Below are positions 27,394 through 35,762 of a stretch of DNA of 64,000 nucleotides, one piece after another. The position numbers and the translations under genes are program-made. A model generated the notes under the pieces. It had not been told where the DNA came from. It saw only the letters and a list, made by a program, of their open reading frames with translations, and searched no databases. Position 1 is the first letter of the stretch, and each line of letters opens with the position of its first letter. The DNA lies in the IMG/VR virus record IMGVR_UViG_3300046517_002304, positions 62,001-126,000 of that record. One strand, 5' to 3'.

Positions 27394-27588
27394 ATGAAAC
27401 AAATTTGCGGAAATTGCCCTCTGTACAACAAAAAAGAAAAGACCTGCGAGGTGAGTGTAGTGCATAGAGGAGTGGTTTTAGAACTTATGTGCGAAGCGGC
27501 AGATGAATGCTACTGGATTAAAAATGACATTGCAATTAGTCAGATAAAAGTAGATTATGACGGGAATAAGCGAATTATTGCAGATTAG
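27394..27588 (+). CDS. Small Cys-rich hypothetical protein
   Basis: CGNCPLY...C...C...C. Confidence 0.55.
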   Translation: MKQICGNCPLYNKKEKTCEVSVVHRGVVLELMCEAADECYWIKNDIAISQIKVDYDGNKRIIAD

Positions 27589-28328
27589 ACGAAAATCTCT
27601 AGTGGTCCACGCTTGCTTTTTTGAGTAGTATCACCAAAAACCATAGTAAAACTTACATCATAAATGCCGCAATCCATTTCAGTTGTGTCCAATAAGTAAT
27701 ATCCTGTATTTCTATCTTTGAATGTCATAGCTGCGCTGTCAACTACAGTTCTTAAGTCTTCTTCTCTTGGAATACATTTTCCGCATCTTTGTACAATTGT
27801 AATCGTTATATCTGATACGATTGCCAAATTTTCGTAATACTGCTCTAATATGGTGCCTTTTGGGACATTTGGCTTAATTTCTACTGTAACATACTTAACT
27901 GAGCCTTTAGTAATTCTATTAGGCGAAAACCTGAAGTCAAAATCATAGACAAGAGGTTTGTCGGCAACCACCCATAAATTTGGATAAACAGTAAAGTTGT
28001 TTTCTATGGTAGCAGGACAATTACTAGTGTCATCGTAAATAACGCTCCATTGATCAATGTAATCACCGATAACGAATTGTGGTGTGGTGATGGCCAAAGG
28101 GATAGAGTATTTTCCTGTGTCGTCAAGAGATATGGTATTAACGTCTAAAGATGCGAATAGTGTGCGTCCATCCGGATTAATATCCGAAATAGCGGTTGGG
28201 TCTAAGTAGTAAACCTTTACCGCTTCAATTGACTTAAGATTAGTATATTGGTTTGAGTTGAAAACAAAAATTCTTAATTCAACTGTGTCGCCGATTACCA
28301 GATTTTGATTACGCTCTTTTGTAGCCAT
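27585..28328 (-). CDS. Probable virion structural protein (two beta-sandwich-like halves)
   Basis: TAAATA-N4-ATG; beta-rich with GKY/GDY/GYY/GIY motifs. Confidence 0.55.
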   Translation of the reverse strand: MATKERNQNLVIGDTVELRIFVFNSNQYTNLKSIEAVKVYYLDPTAISDINPDGRTLFASLDVNTISLDDTGKYSIPLAITTPQFVIGDYIDQWSVIYDDTSNCPATIENNFTVYPNLWVVADKPLVYDFDFRFSPNRITKGSVKYVTVEIKPNVPKGTILEQYYENLAIVSDITITIVQRCGKCIPREEDLRTVVDSAAMTFKDRNTGYYLLDTTEMDCGIYDVSFTMVFGDTTQKSKRGPLEIFV

Positions 28329-28344
28329 ACCATATTTACTATGG

Positions 28345-28500
28345 TTACTTCTTATTCATGGCTGCGATTTTCTTTTCTTCTTGGTCAATGAATTTCTTGA
28401 TTAGATATTTTCTCTTATAAATCGGCAAAAACATCATTTCGCTCGGCTGTATATGTAAATTAGAGGAGAAGAATAGCATTTCATCAAGAAGCTCATACAT
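28345..28500 (-). CDS. Baseplate hub/tail assembly small subunit (gp51-like, 51 aa)
   Basis: Not in the track. MYELLDEMLFFSSNLHIQPSEMMFLPIYKRKYLIKKFIDQEEKK, immediately after the gp26-like gene and in its -1 frame. Confidence 0.7.
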   Translation of the reverse strand: MYELLDEMLFFSSNLHIQPSEMMFLPIYKRKYLIKKFIDQEEKKIAAMNKK

Positions 28501-28505
28501 CAAGC

Positions 28506-29570
28506 TTATGCTAGCGGAGTCATCTTCTTCCCCTTTGGGAAGAAAAAACTTAAATCCAATGGCAAATCAGATTCAAAATCTGATGTACATAATGGGCATT
28601 GAACTTTAACCTTAGTATTAACTCCAAATGGGGGGGTGAACACTAAATCTCTAATGAAATTAAAATCATTAGCGGGCAGATTTTTGATTAATGTATGAAT
28701 ACTAACCTGATCATTTATACCTTCAATATCTTGGATGTACAATGATAGCTTGAATGTCACTGTATCGGTTCCCGCAGCATTCCCGAATCCTTGCATTTTG
28801 CGGCTTTTATAGCTAGCAATAGATAGTTCATCTGAAATTCTAGGAAAACGATATGTAAATTTATATCCAGTTACTGGCAGAACTTCATTTAAAGACGCGG
28901 CAGTAAAATTATCTGGACACATTGTAAGCTGAACGTCTTGATCAAGGTCAATAGTTGTTGGAAATTTTTCACTACAAACGGCACAGGTCATTTCTGCATC
29001 CCAGTCCACGCCTAAAGAAATACCGCGTAAGAATATCATCAAGTAATAACGATCTTCCTGTAGGAAATTATCTGTGTTATACTTTTCTCTAAGACATCTT
29101 GTGAAAATCTCTGATAAGGCTGATCCTTTTCGTGCGATTCTTGGATTTGCTAGAATGTCTTCTTCGTCACCGGTCATAGAGCGAATGTTTAGAACGCCAT
29201 CGGTCGGACCATCTGTCCCATTATAAAATCGCCCTAGAGACGGCAGTGTAATTTTTTCGTATTTATGTGTATATTTTTGAGCACCAGCCAGTAGTTCTTG
29301 AAGCTTAGTTGTTCCTACCATTCCGGCCATTTGCGGACTGATTCCAGCTTGTGCAGCCTGCTCTACACTTAGTCCAGAAGTTGGCTGTGGCTGGCCTTGA
29401 TTAGCCATGTCCATTAGTTCACGAACCTGAGGGGGAATATTTCCCGACATTTTTGGCATGCCCCCAGCATGACTGTCTACTGATGAAAGTGACTTTTGAA
29501 AATTCTGTATAGCCTCAAAGTTAGGCACGCTACTTGATGGGATTTGTGGTTTAAATGTTTCGATAGGCAT
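28506..29570 (-). CDS. Baseplate hub subunit / tail assembly chaperone (gp26-like)
   Basis: ITLPSLG...IRSMTGDEEDIL...DRYYLMIFLRGIS..CAVC...CPLC...LPLDLSFFFP; long Pro/Gln-rich N-terminus. Confidence 0.8.
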   Translation of the reverse strand: MPIETFKPQIPSSSVPNFEAIQNFQKSLSSVDSHAGGMPKMSGNIPPQVRELMDMANQGQPQPTSGLSVEQAAQAGISPQMAGMVGTTKLQELLAGAQKYTHKYEKITLPSLGRFYNGTDGPTDGVLNIRSMTGDEEDILANPRIARKGSALSEIFTRCLREKYNTDNFLQEDRYYLMIFLRGISLGVDWDAEMTCAVCSEKFPTTIDLDQDVQLTMCPDNFTAASLNEVLPVTGYKFTYRFPRISDELSIASYKSRKMQGFGNAAGTDTVTFKLSLYIQDIEGINDQVSIHTLIKNLPANDFNFIRDLVFTPPFGVNTKVKVQCPLCTSDFESDLPLDLSFFFPKGKKMTPLA

Positions 29571-29602
29571 ATGAGTTTATCTTTCTTAAACTAAATTAGT
29601 TA

Positions 29603-29968
29603 ATGATTATTAATTTGTCAAACATAGAAGAAAAAATCTTACTTAATCATGAATTATTGAAATTGTTGGATGATGACTTTAGTAAAGTAATTAAAACATG
29701 GAAATTAAGCAGGACTTATAATAAGAATTTAGAGAAACAAGAGTCTCTAATTCAGTTTTTAAATCTGCTTAATGACAAGCATAAAAAAATACTATCTAAC
29801 TATTTTAATGATGTGGTGGATGTGGAACGAATAAGTAAAAATTTGACTTATGACGATAAAGTATCTATTGATGATTTGAGCGATTATTTCACAGAAAATA
29901 AGTTCCCGACCCGAGATTTCGCTATGTATAGAAACAAAGAACAAGTTTTTTTAACTTTTTGGAGGTAG
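29603..29968 (+). CDS. Hypothetical protein
   Basis: 121 aa ORF, first of a tightly packed plus-strand run. Confidence 0.55.
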   Translation: MIINLSNIEEKILLNHELLKLLDDDFSKVIKTWKLSRTYNKNLEKQESLIQFLNLLNDKHKKILSNYFNDVVDVERISKNLTYDDKVSIDDLSDYFTENKFPTRDFAMYRNKEQVFLTFWR

Positions 29969-29969
29969 C

Positions 29970-30308
29970 ATGAATCTAGTATTATTTGTCTTAGCCGTAG
30001 TCGGGCTTACCAACATTATTGTGGAAAGTGAATTGTTTAGTGGATTAAAGGCATGGCTTCATGCTAGAGCAGAAAAATCTGTTATTATAGCTAAAATTGA
30101 TTACATGACTAATTGCTATCAGTGCAGCGGGTTTTGGTCTGGTTTTATTATATCCTTGCTATCTTTGGGATTTGATATAGTTCCCCATAATTTGTCTTAC
30201 TGCGGTATGTTTTTTATGTCTGTTATTGCTGGATGGGCCGGATCTTTGTGTGCGGTAGTGGGATTTTATGTTGTTAATAAATTAGAGAAATGGTGGGCAA
30301 AACCCTGA
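29970..30308 (+). CDS. Multi-pass membrane protein with CYQC motif (DUF1360-like)
   Basis: GGAGG RBS; three hydrophobic segments; CYQCSGFW. Confidence 0.65.
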   Translation: MNLVLFVLAVVGLTNIIVESELFSGLKAWLHARAEKSVIIAKIDYMTNCYQCSGFWSGFIISLLSLGFDIVPHNLSYCGMFFMSVIAGWAGSLCAVVGFYVVNKLEKWWAKP

Positions 30309-30679
30309 AATATCTAACTACACAAGATGTAAAACAAGCTCTTAAATCTGATTTTAGATTTAGAGAGCTGTTCCAAGAATATCAAGGCGAGATTAATGAG
30401 TTTATTCACAATCCATCTTGCCCATGTCATGCTCCATTACTAGATAAGATCATGAAGGAAAAAGGCAGACTGGAAAAATACTTTCCTGGTAAAATTATAG
30501 TTGCATATAATAATGTTCAGCCAAAAGTAGAAGAATTATGGAATGTAATTAATTGTAGCGTTTCAGAACTAGACGAAAAACTAAGGCGCTTACCACCGGG
30601 TCGCAAACAACTCACAATGGCAAGATATGAAGACCAAATAACGGTTGTGGTGAATATGTTAATTTCTATGCCGGTTTAA
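30290..30679 (+). CDS. Hypothetical protein
   Basis: 129 aa; NPSCPC motif. Confidence 0.55.
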   Translation: MVGKTLKYLTTQDVKQALKSDFRFRELFQEYQGEINEFIHNPSCPCHAPLLDKIMKEKGRLEKYFPGKIIVAYNNVQPKVEELWNVINCSVSELDEKLRRLPPGRKQLTMARYEDQITVVVNMLISMPV

Positions 30680-30693
30680 GCCGATTAATATGT

Positions 30694-31572
30694 ATGAGTG
30701 AAATTCTACACATAGATGCACTAAAAGGATTCAAGAATTTGGCCGATGAATCCTTTGATATTGTTTTAACAGATCCTCCGTACAATATTGGGAAAGACTT
30801 TGGCAACAACAAGGATGATTTGAGCTTTGAAGATTACTTGGTATGGAGTAAAAAATGGCTAGATGAATCCGTGCGGTGTCTCAAGCAATCTGGCACCATG
30901 TACATTTATGGCTTTGATGAAATCCTTGCTCATATTTCTGTTATGCTGCCGGTTAGCAATGTCCGTTGGCTAACATGGTTTTACACCAATAAGACAGTCC
31001 CCCGCTGCAAATGGTTTAATAGAAGCCATGAAAGCATTATATGTTTTTGGAAGGACAAGGACCAACGTGTTTTTAATTTAGATAATGTACGCGAGCCATA
31101 TACAGATATATTTCTTAAAAACGCTGCTGGTAAAGTTAGAAAAAACACTAAGGGGAGATTTGGTACATCAGAAGGAACTATTTACACGGCCAATGAAAAA
31201 GGCGCAATGCCGCGTGATGTTCTAAGAATTGATGACGTGATTGAATGCGGTGCGTTAGCAGGAGGAAAGGGCAAAAGCGAAAGATGGTTTTACTCTAAGA
31301 GCAAACAAGAGGCTTTTCCAGGTACAGAAATGAAGCATTTTACTTCCGATGATATAATTCAACATCCAACTCAAAAACCATATGATTTAACAGAACGATT
31401 ATTAAAGGCCGCTATGCCTAAAGACGGGAACGTTTTAATTCCGTTCTTTGGAAGCGGGTCTGAAGGTGCGGTTTGTGATGATTTAAAATTAAACTATACC
31501 GCTTTTGAAATGAATGGCGATTACGTGGCTATGGCCAAGTCATTTTTGAGTAAAAGAACTAAGAAACATTAA
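30694..31572 (+). CDS. DNA N6-adenine/N4-cytosine methyltransferase (beta class)
   Basis: DPPY before HPTQKP and PFFGSGS. Confidence 0.92.
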   Translation: MSEILHIDALKGFKNLADESFDIVLTDPPYNIGKDFGNNKDDLSFEDYLVWSKKWLDESVRCLKQSGTMYIYGFDEILAHISVMLPVSNVRWLTWFYTNKTVPRCKWFNRSHESIICFWKDKDQRVFNLDNVREPYTDIFLKNAAGKVRKNTKGRFGTSEGTIYTANEKGAMPRDVLRIDDVIECGALAGGKGKSERWFYSKSKQEAFPGTEMKHFTSDDIIQHPTQKPYDLTERLLKAAMPKDGNVLIPFFGSGSEGAVCDDLKLNYTAFEMNGDYVAMAKSFLSKRTKKH

Positions 31573-31598
31573 TCTAATCACGCTAACCTAAATATAGT

Positions 31599-32237
31599 AT
31601 GAGTACCGGAATGGGCCTTGGCCCTGTATTAAATCGAAATGATATAGAATTAAAGCGACAATTTCGCTGGATGCTTGAAGTTGGACAAGGTGGCAATGAC
31701 TCGGGCGGAATTGGCGGCATTGTAGGCAACGCAGTGAATGTTCTTCCTCCACTGGCATCTGAAAGACCATCTTTAAGTTTTAAAGAAATTGAGATTGAGC
31801 ATACTTCTGAAACTATCTTCATGCCTACTAAGGCTCAGTGGAAGCCATTAAAAGTTAAGGTATATGATGTAGCTACCAATCTAAAGAACAATATGGTCTT
31901 TGATTGGGTCGTTAGATTTTATAATGCTCAAAAAGCATCCTACAACTTTGTTTCTGCTCAGTTTGCGCAAAATTTTAAGAAGACAGTTAATCTTAGCCTA
32001 TACAGTGGACAAGGGTGTTGCCTTGAAAGTTGGCAGTTAGATGGCGCATGGCCTCGTGAAATTAACTTTGGCGAGTTAAATATGGAAAGCTCAGCAATTG
32101 TTACGATTGACATGGAGCTAAGATTTGATAGAGCATACGTCACAACGTTTAATGAAAATGGACAATATGTATCTGCTGGTAAGGGGTGCCTAGATTATAG
32201 AACCGGCGCTAATTGCCAGAATGGGTTTACTCAGTAG
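31599..32237 (+). CDS. Second tail-tube-like protein (gp19 family)
   Basis: KRQFRWML, RPSLSF, GAWPREINFGELNMESS..VTIDMELRFDRA; CTAAATA-N4-ATG. Confidence 0.85.
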   Translation: MSTGMGLGPVLNRNDIELKRQFRWMLEVGQGGNDSGGIGGIVGNAVNVLPPLASERPSLSFKEIEIEHTSETIFMPTKAQWKPLKVKVYDVATNLKNNMVFDWVVRFYNAQKASYNFVSAQFAQNFKKTVNLSLYSGQGCCLESWQLDGAWPREINFGELNMESSAIVTIDMELRFDRAYVTTFNENGQYVSAGKGCLDYRTGANCQNGFTQ

Positions 32238-33172
32238 TTATAAGTTTTCTTATTAACTAAATCTAATTCACATGCAGCGACCATCGCGGCTGGATATTCT
32301 TTATATTTTGATGTTTCTATAGGATATTCGTCTCTAATATCTCTTTTTGATCCATATGTTATCGCATTAACATAACATTCTTTTGCTTTTTCAAACCGAA
32401 AGAGCTTAAAGTAAAATATATCTCCTAAGTGGCACCAGTATTCGGCCATGTCTTGTTTTAAAGATAAACATGCCTGAATTTCTTCGGCTGACTTTTTGGG
32501 GCTATCCATATCATAAAAAACTTGCGCTCTACAATACCGAATTACTGCTAGAGAAAGCGGCTTGCCCTTCTCAAAAAATAAATACTTATCCGACATAGCG
32601 ATAAAATCGTTATATTTTTTATCCGATAGTGAAAGCATCGCAGAATAATAATAAGCGGAAGGCAGCAATGGTTTTTCACGACACCATTCATTTGCTATAT
32701 CTTTATATTCATAGTAATCACTTTCCCCGCCAGCAACCACACAATCAATAGTGTTCTTAACCGGAACATCTAGATGTTCAAATATAGGGTTTATAAATTT
32801 ATAATCTTTTTTCTTGTTCCATAATCTAACTGACTTGCTAAATGTTTTTTGATAAGCTATAAAAAAACTAGCATAATCATTTTCTAATTTTATATTTTCT
32901 ATTCCTGATTTTACATACTCATAAGGCTCAATATACATTTGCCAATCAGTCATAGTGCATTGTGATACCAAGTAGTTTCTAGCATCGCTGCGAGTAGGAA
33001 AATGTAAATCTATAACAGCAATATTATTATTTTTGCATATTTCCGTAGTGGCATCTTCGCTGCGTAAATCTCCGACCAACACTTCAATATCATCCATATT
33101 TACGGACTTTATTGCTCTTTCTATGGTTTTTTCATTATTATGCGTTAGTATTTGACAGGTAATTTTTTTCAT
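32231..33172 (-). CDS. Glycosyltransferase family 2-like protein with C-terminal TPRs
   Basis: ILTHNNEKTIERAI...DLRSEDAT...RSDARN; TPR-like AEYWCHLGD. Confidence 0.75.
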   Translation of the reverse strand: MKKITCQILTHNNEKTIERAIKSVNMDDIEVLVGDLRSEDATTEICKNNNIAVIDLHFPTRSDARNYLVSQCTMTDWQMYIEPYEYVKSGIENIKLENDYASFFIAYQKTFSKSVRLWNKKKDYKFINPIFEHLDVPVKNTIDCVVAGGESDYYEYKDIANEWCREKPLLPSAYYYSAMLSLSDKKYNDFIAMSDKYLFFEKGKPLSLAVIRYCRAQVFYDMDSPKKSAEEIQACLSLKQDMAEYWCHLGDIFYFKLFRFEKAKECYVNAITYGSKRDIRDEYPIETSKYKEYPAAMVAACELDLVNKKTYNY

Positions 33173-33289
33173 TATTTGCAGTATTTTAATAAATATCTAA
33201 CTCTATGCTCCATAACCGTACTATACTAGTTGGTAATTGTAAGAATTGAGCGAAAGAATTGACGGTTTCTCTAATTAAGGAATAATAAC

Positions 33290-33760
33290 TTGGCAGTAGA
33301 GTACTTAAAGAATTCTGAATTTGAAGCAATTATAAAAAGATTTCGTGCAGCAACAAGAACTAGGAAAAAAAAGAAGAAAGAATTTGAAGAGGCAAAAGCC
33401 AATCTTGCTAAAGCTTTTTTTCTTTTAAGTGAAAGATTATTTAAAGGATTTAAATTTCAATTAATTGATGTTGACGATGCCTTGCAAGAAGGGGTGATGA
33501 TAGGATTTGAAAAATTACATCATTTTGACAGCAGCAAAGGTAAAGCGTTTAGTTTTTTTACACAGATTATATTAAACCATTTTAAACAATTGTTCAGAGG
33601 CGCCAAGGGATACAATGAACTAAAGTTAAAGTATCAAGAACATTTGAAATCTAAAGATAAAAATATAATAAGTAGAAATGTTAAAGGCAAGCAGAAGTAT
33701 TATTACAAAGGCGACGGACTGTACAACCCACAAGACCATAATCCTAACGAAGAAGGATAA
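33290..33760 (+). CDS. gp55: Late-transcription sigma factor (T4 gp55-like)
   Basis: YLKNSEF...DDALQEGVMIGFEKLHHFDSSKGKAFSFFTQIILNHFKQ; AAGGA before a TTG start. Confidence 0.85.
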   Translation: MAVEYLKNSEFEAIIKRFRAATRTRKKKKKEFEEAKANLAKAFFLLSERLFKGFKFQLIDVDDALQEGVMIGFEKLHHFDSSKGKAFSFFTQIILNHFKQLFRGAKGYNELKLKYQEHLKSKDKNIISRNVKGKQKYYYKGDGLYNPQDHNPNEEG

Positions 33761-33762
33761 GA

Positions 33763-34029
33763 ATGCCAAGAATAGATAAGAATTTGAACCAGATTGAAGT
33801 TCAGGAGTTAATTCAGAAGTTGATTGATAATGGTATGAAAGATTTTATAGACATGATGCTTCTTCAAGAGCATGCTGTCTATACCCGTAAGGGAAGAATC
33901 AATAAAAGCTCTTGCGTAAGAGAGATGTCTAAGCATTCTAAAAAGCCGTTTAGGTCCAAGGACTTGGAAGATATTTTTATGAAGTGTCAGGAAATCCTAT
34001 TTAAAGACGTTATTGACACTTCAGAGTGA
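33763..34029 (+). CDS. Hypothetical protein downstream of gp55
   Basis: 88 aa ORF 2 nt after the gp55 stop. Confidence 0.6.
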   Translation: MPRIDKNLNQIEVQELIQKLIDNGMKDFIDMMLLQEHAVYTRKGRINKSSCVREMSKHSKKPFRSKDLEDIFMKCQEILFKDVIDTSE

Positions 34030-35065
34030 TGGGGCCGGTAATCTTGTTGATTTCTATTTTTACTTTGGGAATTTGAATATTGTTCTTATTTAGATAATCT
34101 ATGAAGGCATCGTAATCATAATGATCTTGTTTAAGTAGGTTATCTTTTGCGCTTAATGGCTGAATATTGTCAAGGGCATTGACTATTTTGGGATCAAATA
34201 TACCGATATCTAAAAATGCTACAACCGGAAAAATATGGTCAACGTGCCATTTATCGTTTTTGACGTTTGGCCAGTTGGGATGATTGGTTATATGATCCAC
34301 GAAATCTTGTCTAGTGTATCCTAAAATTTCAGCGGTTTTTCTACTGTCGCTATTCTTCATTTTATTAAAGAAGTGGCGAAATAGCTTGCGGTAACGGTTG
34401 ATTATGGTTCTTTTGAGTTTTACGGATTCTCTATCCGGGTTCCAAGTCCAGTGATTTTCTCCTTTAGTTTTTTCACCGGCTCTTTTTAAACCACATTTTC
34501 TACAACGATAGCCTCGTTTAAAATCATTTAGTCTTATTTCGGCTTTATTGCCACAAGAACATAGGTATGGCATTTTAGTCTGGGAATTTTTATATTCCGT
34601 AGCTAATAGAGTGCAGCCGTTGTCTAAGAAAAATTGTTGGGCGTGCTCCAGAGTACATCTTTGTTTGCCGGATCCTTTTTCAGTCCCGCATTTTTTACAC
34701 CTATGACCTTGTTGGAAATGTCCAAGTGTTATGGATGATTGGTTTCCGCAGGAGCAGATATAAGGCATGCTTTTTGTAGTATTAACATATTCGGTAGCGA
34801 GTAGTTTTCCGCCACCATCAGAAAATACTTTTTGTGCTTCTTCTAAAGTTCTTCTATTTGATGTCTCTCTTTTCTTTTGAGCACATTCTGAGCAACGCTG
34901 GCCTCTTAAGAAATTCCTCAATGTGATCTCAGATTCTTCGCCACATGTACATATGTACCACATATTCGTAGAGCTGTTTACATAGAAGTCAGCTAGTAAA
35001 GTACATCCTGCATCGCTGAATATTGATTGTACTTGTTCTAAATTGTATGTATTTCGTCTACCCAT
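34010..35065 (-). mobile_element. HNH homing endonuclease with three zinc-ribbon repeats
   Basis: 3x F...G..LLA..Y.N....M.Y.C.CG...RC..C; C-terminal WHVDHIFPV...NIQPLSAKDNLLK. Confidence 0.85.
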
Positions 35066-35094
35066 GTAGGTACTAATCGGCAATATACAAATAA

Positions 35095-35132
35095 AAAAAG
35101 AGTAATAAATATAAAAATTTATTACTCTTTTT
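35095..35132 (-). terminator. 16-bp-stem AT-rich hairpin downstream of the tail tube gene
   Basis: AAAAAGAGTAATAAAT-ATAAAA-ATTTATTACTCTTTTT. Confidence 0.7.
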
Positions 35133-35163
35133 CACAAAATTTGCTAAAGTTTTTGTTGCCGCA

Positions 35164-35730
35164 TCATGAACATGGGCTACAGGTTCCAACTGGAATAAAA
35201 CCTGGGCAATGAGATATGAATACGACGTTGCTGTATCTCATCGTCATTTCAATGTCTACGGTGTCGGATGATGCATAATCTACGTCACCAAAGTTGATGG
35301 ATTCTGGCCACATATTACCTAATCTCCACTCCTGTAAAATTTGTCCGCACCCATCGTAAAGATAAATTATTGCGGTGCCTTGATAGTCAGATGCTCGGCT
35401 TCCCATCGTTCTGCTAGCGTTCGTGAAATTATAGATCGACGCAAGCCACGAAAACATGGGGAACATATCGCTTACAGCCGCGTCAATGTAAGTTACGCTA
35501 ATTGGTTCCCAGCTCGCCTTACCTGAAATCCATGTCTTTTCATTTAGGTAATTAAGCTCCGTGGGTTCGATAGAAATATTGGGTAAGCCAGCAAGTCTAA
35601 CAAATGACGGGGGAACAACTGCGCCACCTGGTGCAATGACCGACATTTCAAATCTAAACTTCCTCGCAATGATTACGTCTGGTGAACCAAGTCTACCGAT
35701 GCCCATACCGGGCACGCCTAGTGCTGCCAT
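35164..35730 (-). CDS. gp19: Major tail tube protein (gp19-like)
   Basis: RKFRFEM, GLPNISIEPTEL, WEPISVTYID, NMWPESINFGDVDYASSD..IEMTMRY; directly after the sheath gene with AGGAG. Confidence 0.92.
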   Translation of the reverse strand: MAALGVPGMGIGRLGSPDVIIARKFRFEMSVIAPGGAVVPPSFVRLAGLPNISIEPTELNYLNEKTWISGKASWEPISVTYIDAAVSDMFPMFSWLASIYNFTNASRTMGSRASDYQGTAIIYLYDGCGQILQEWRLGNMWPESINFGDVDYASSDTVDIEMTMRYSNVVFISHCPGFIPVGTCSPCS

Positions 35731-35762
35731 ATTTTACTCTCCTAATTTAAAAATTTTTAAAA

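Noticed and set aside
33361-33380. Poly-A run in gp55 (and the A-rich run near 5355-5370 in gp46) as slippage sites
   Set aside because: Both genes are full length in frame and the runs simply encode Lys tracts; no useful alternative frame was seen.
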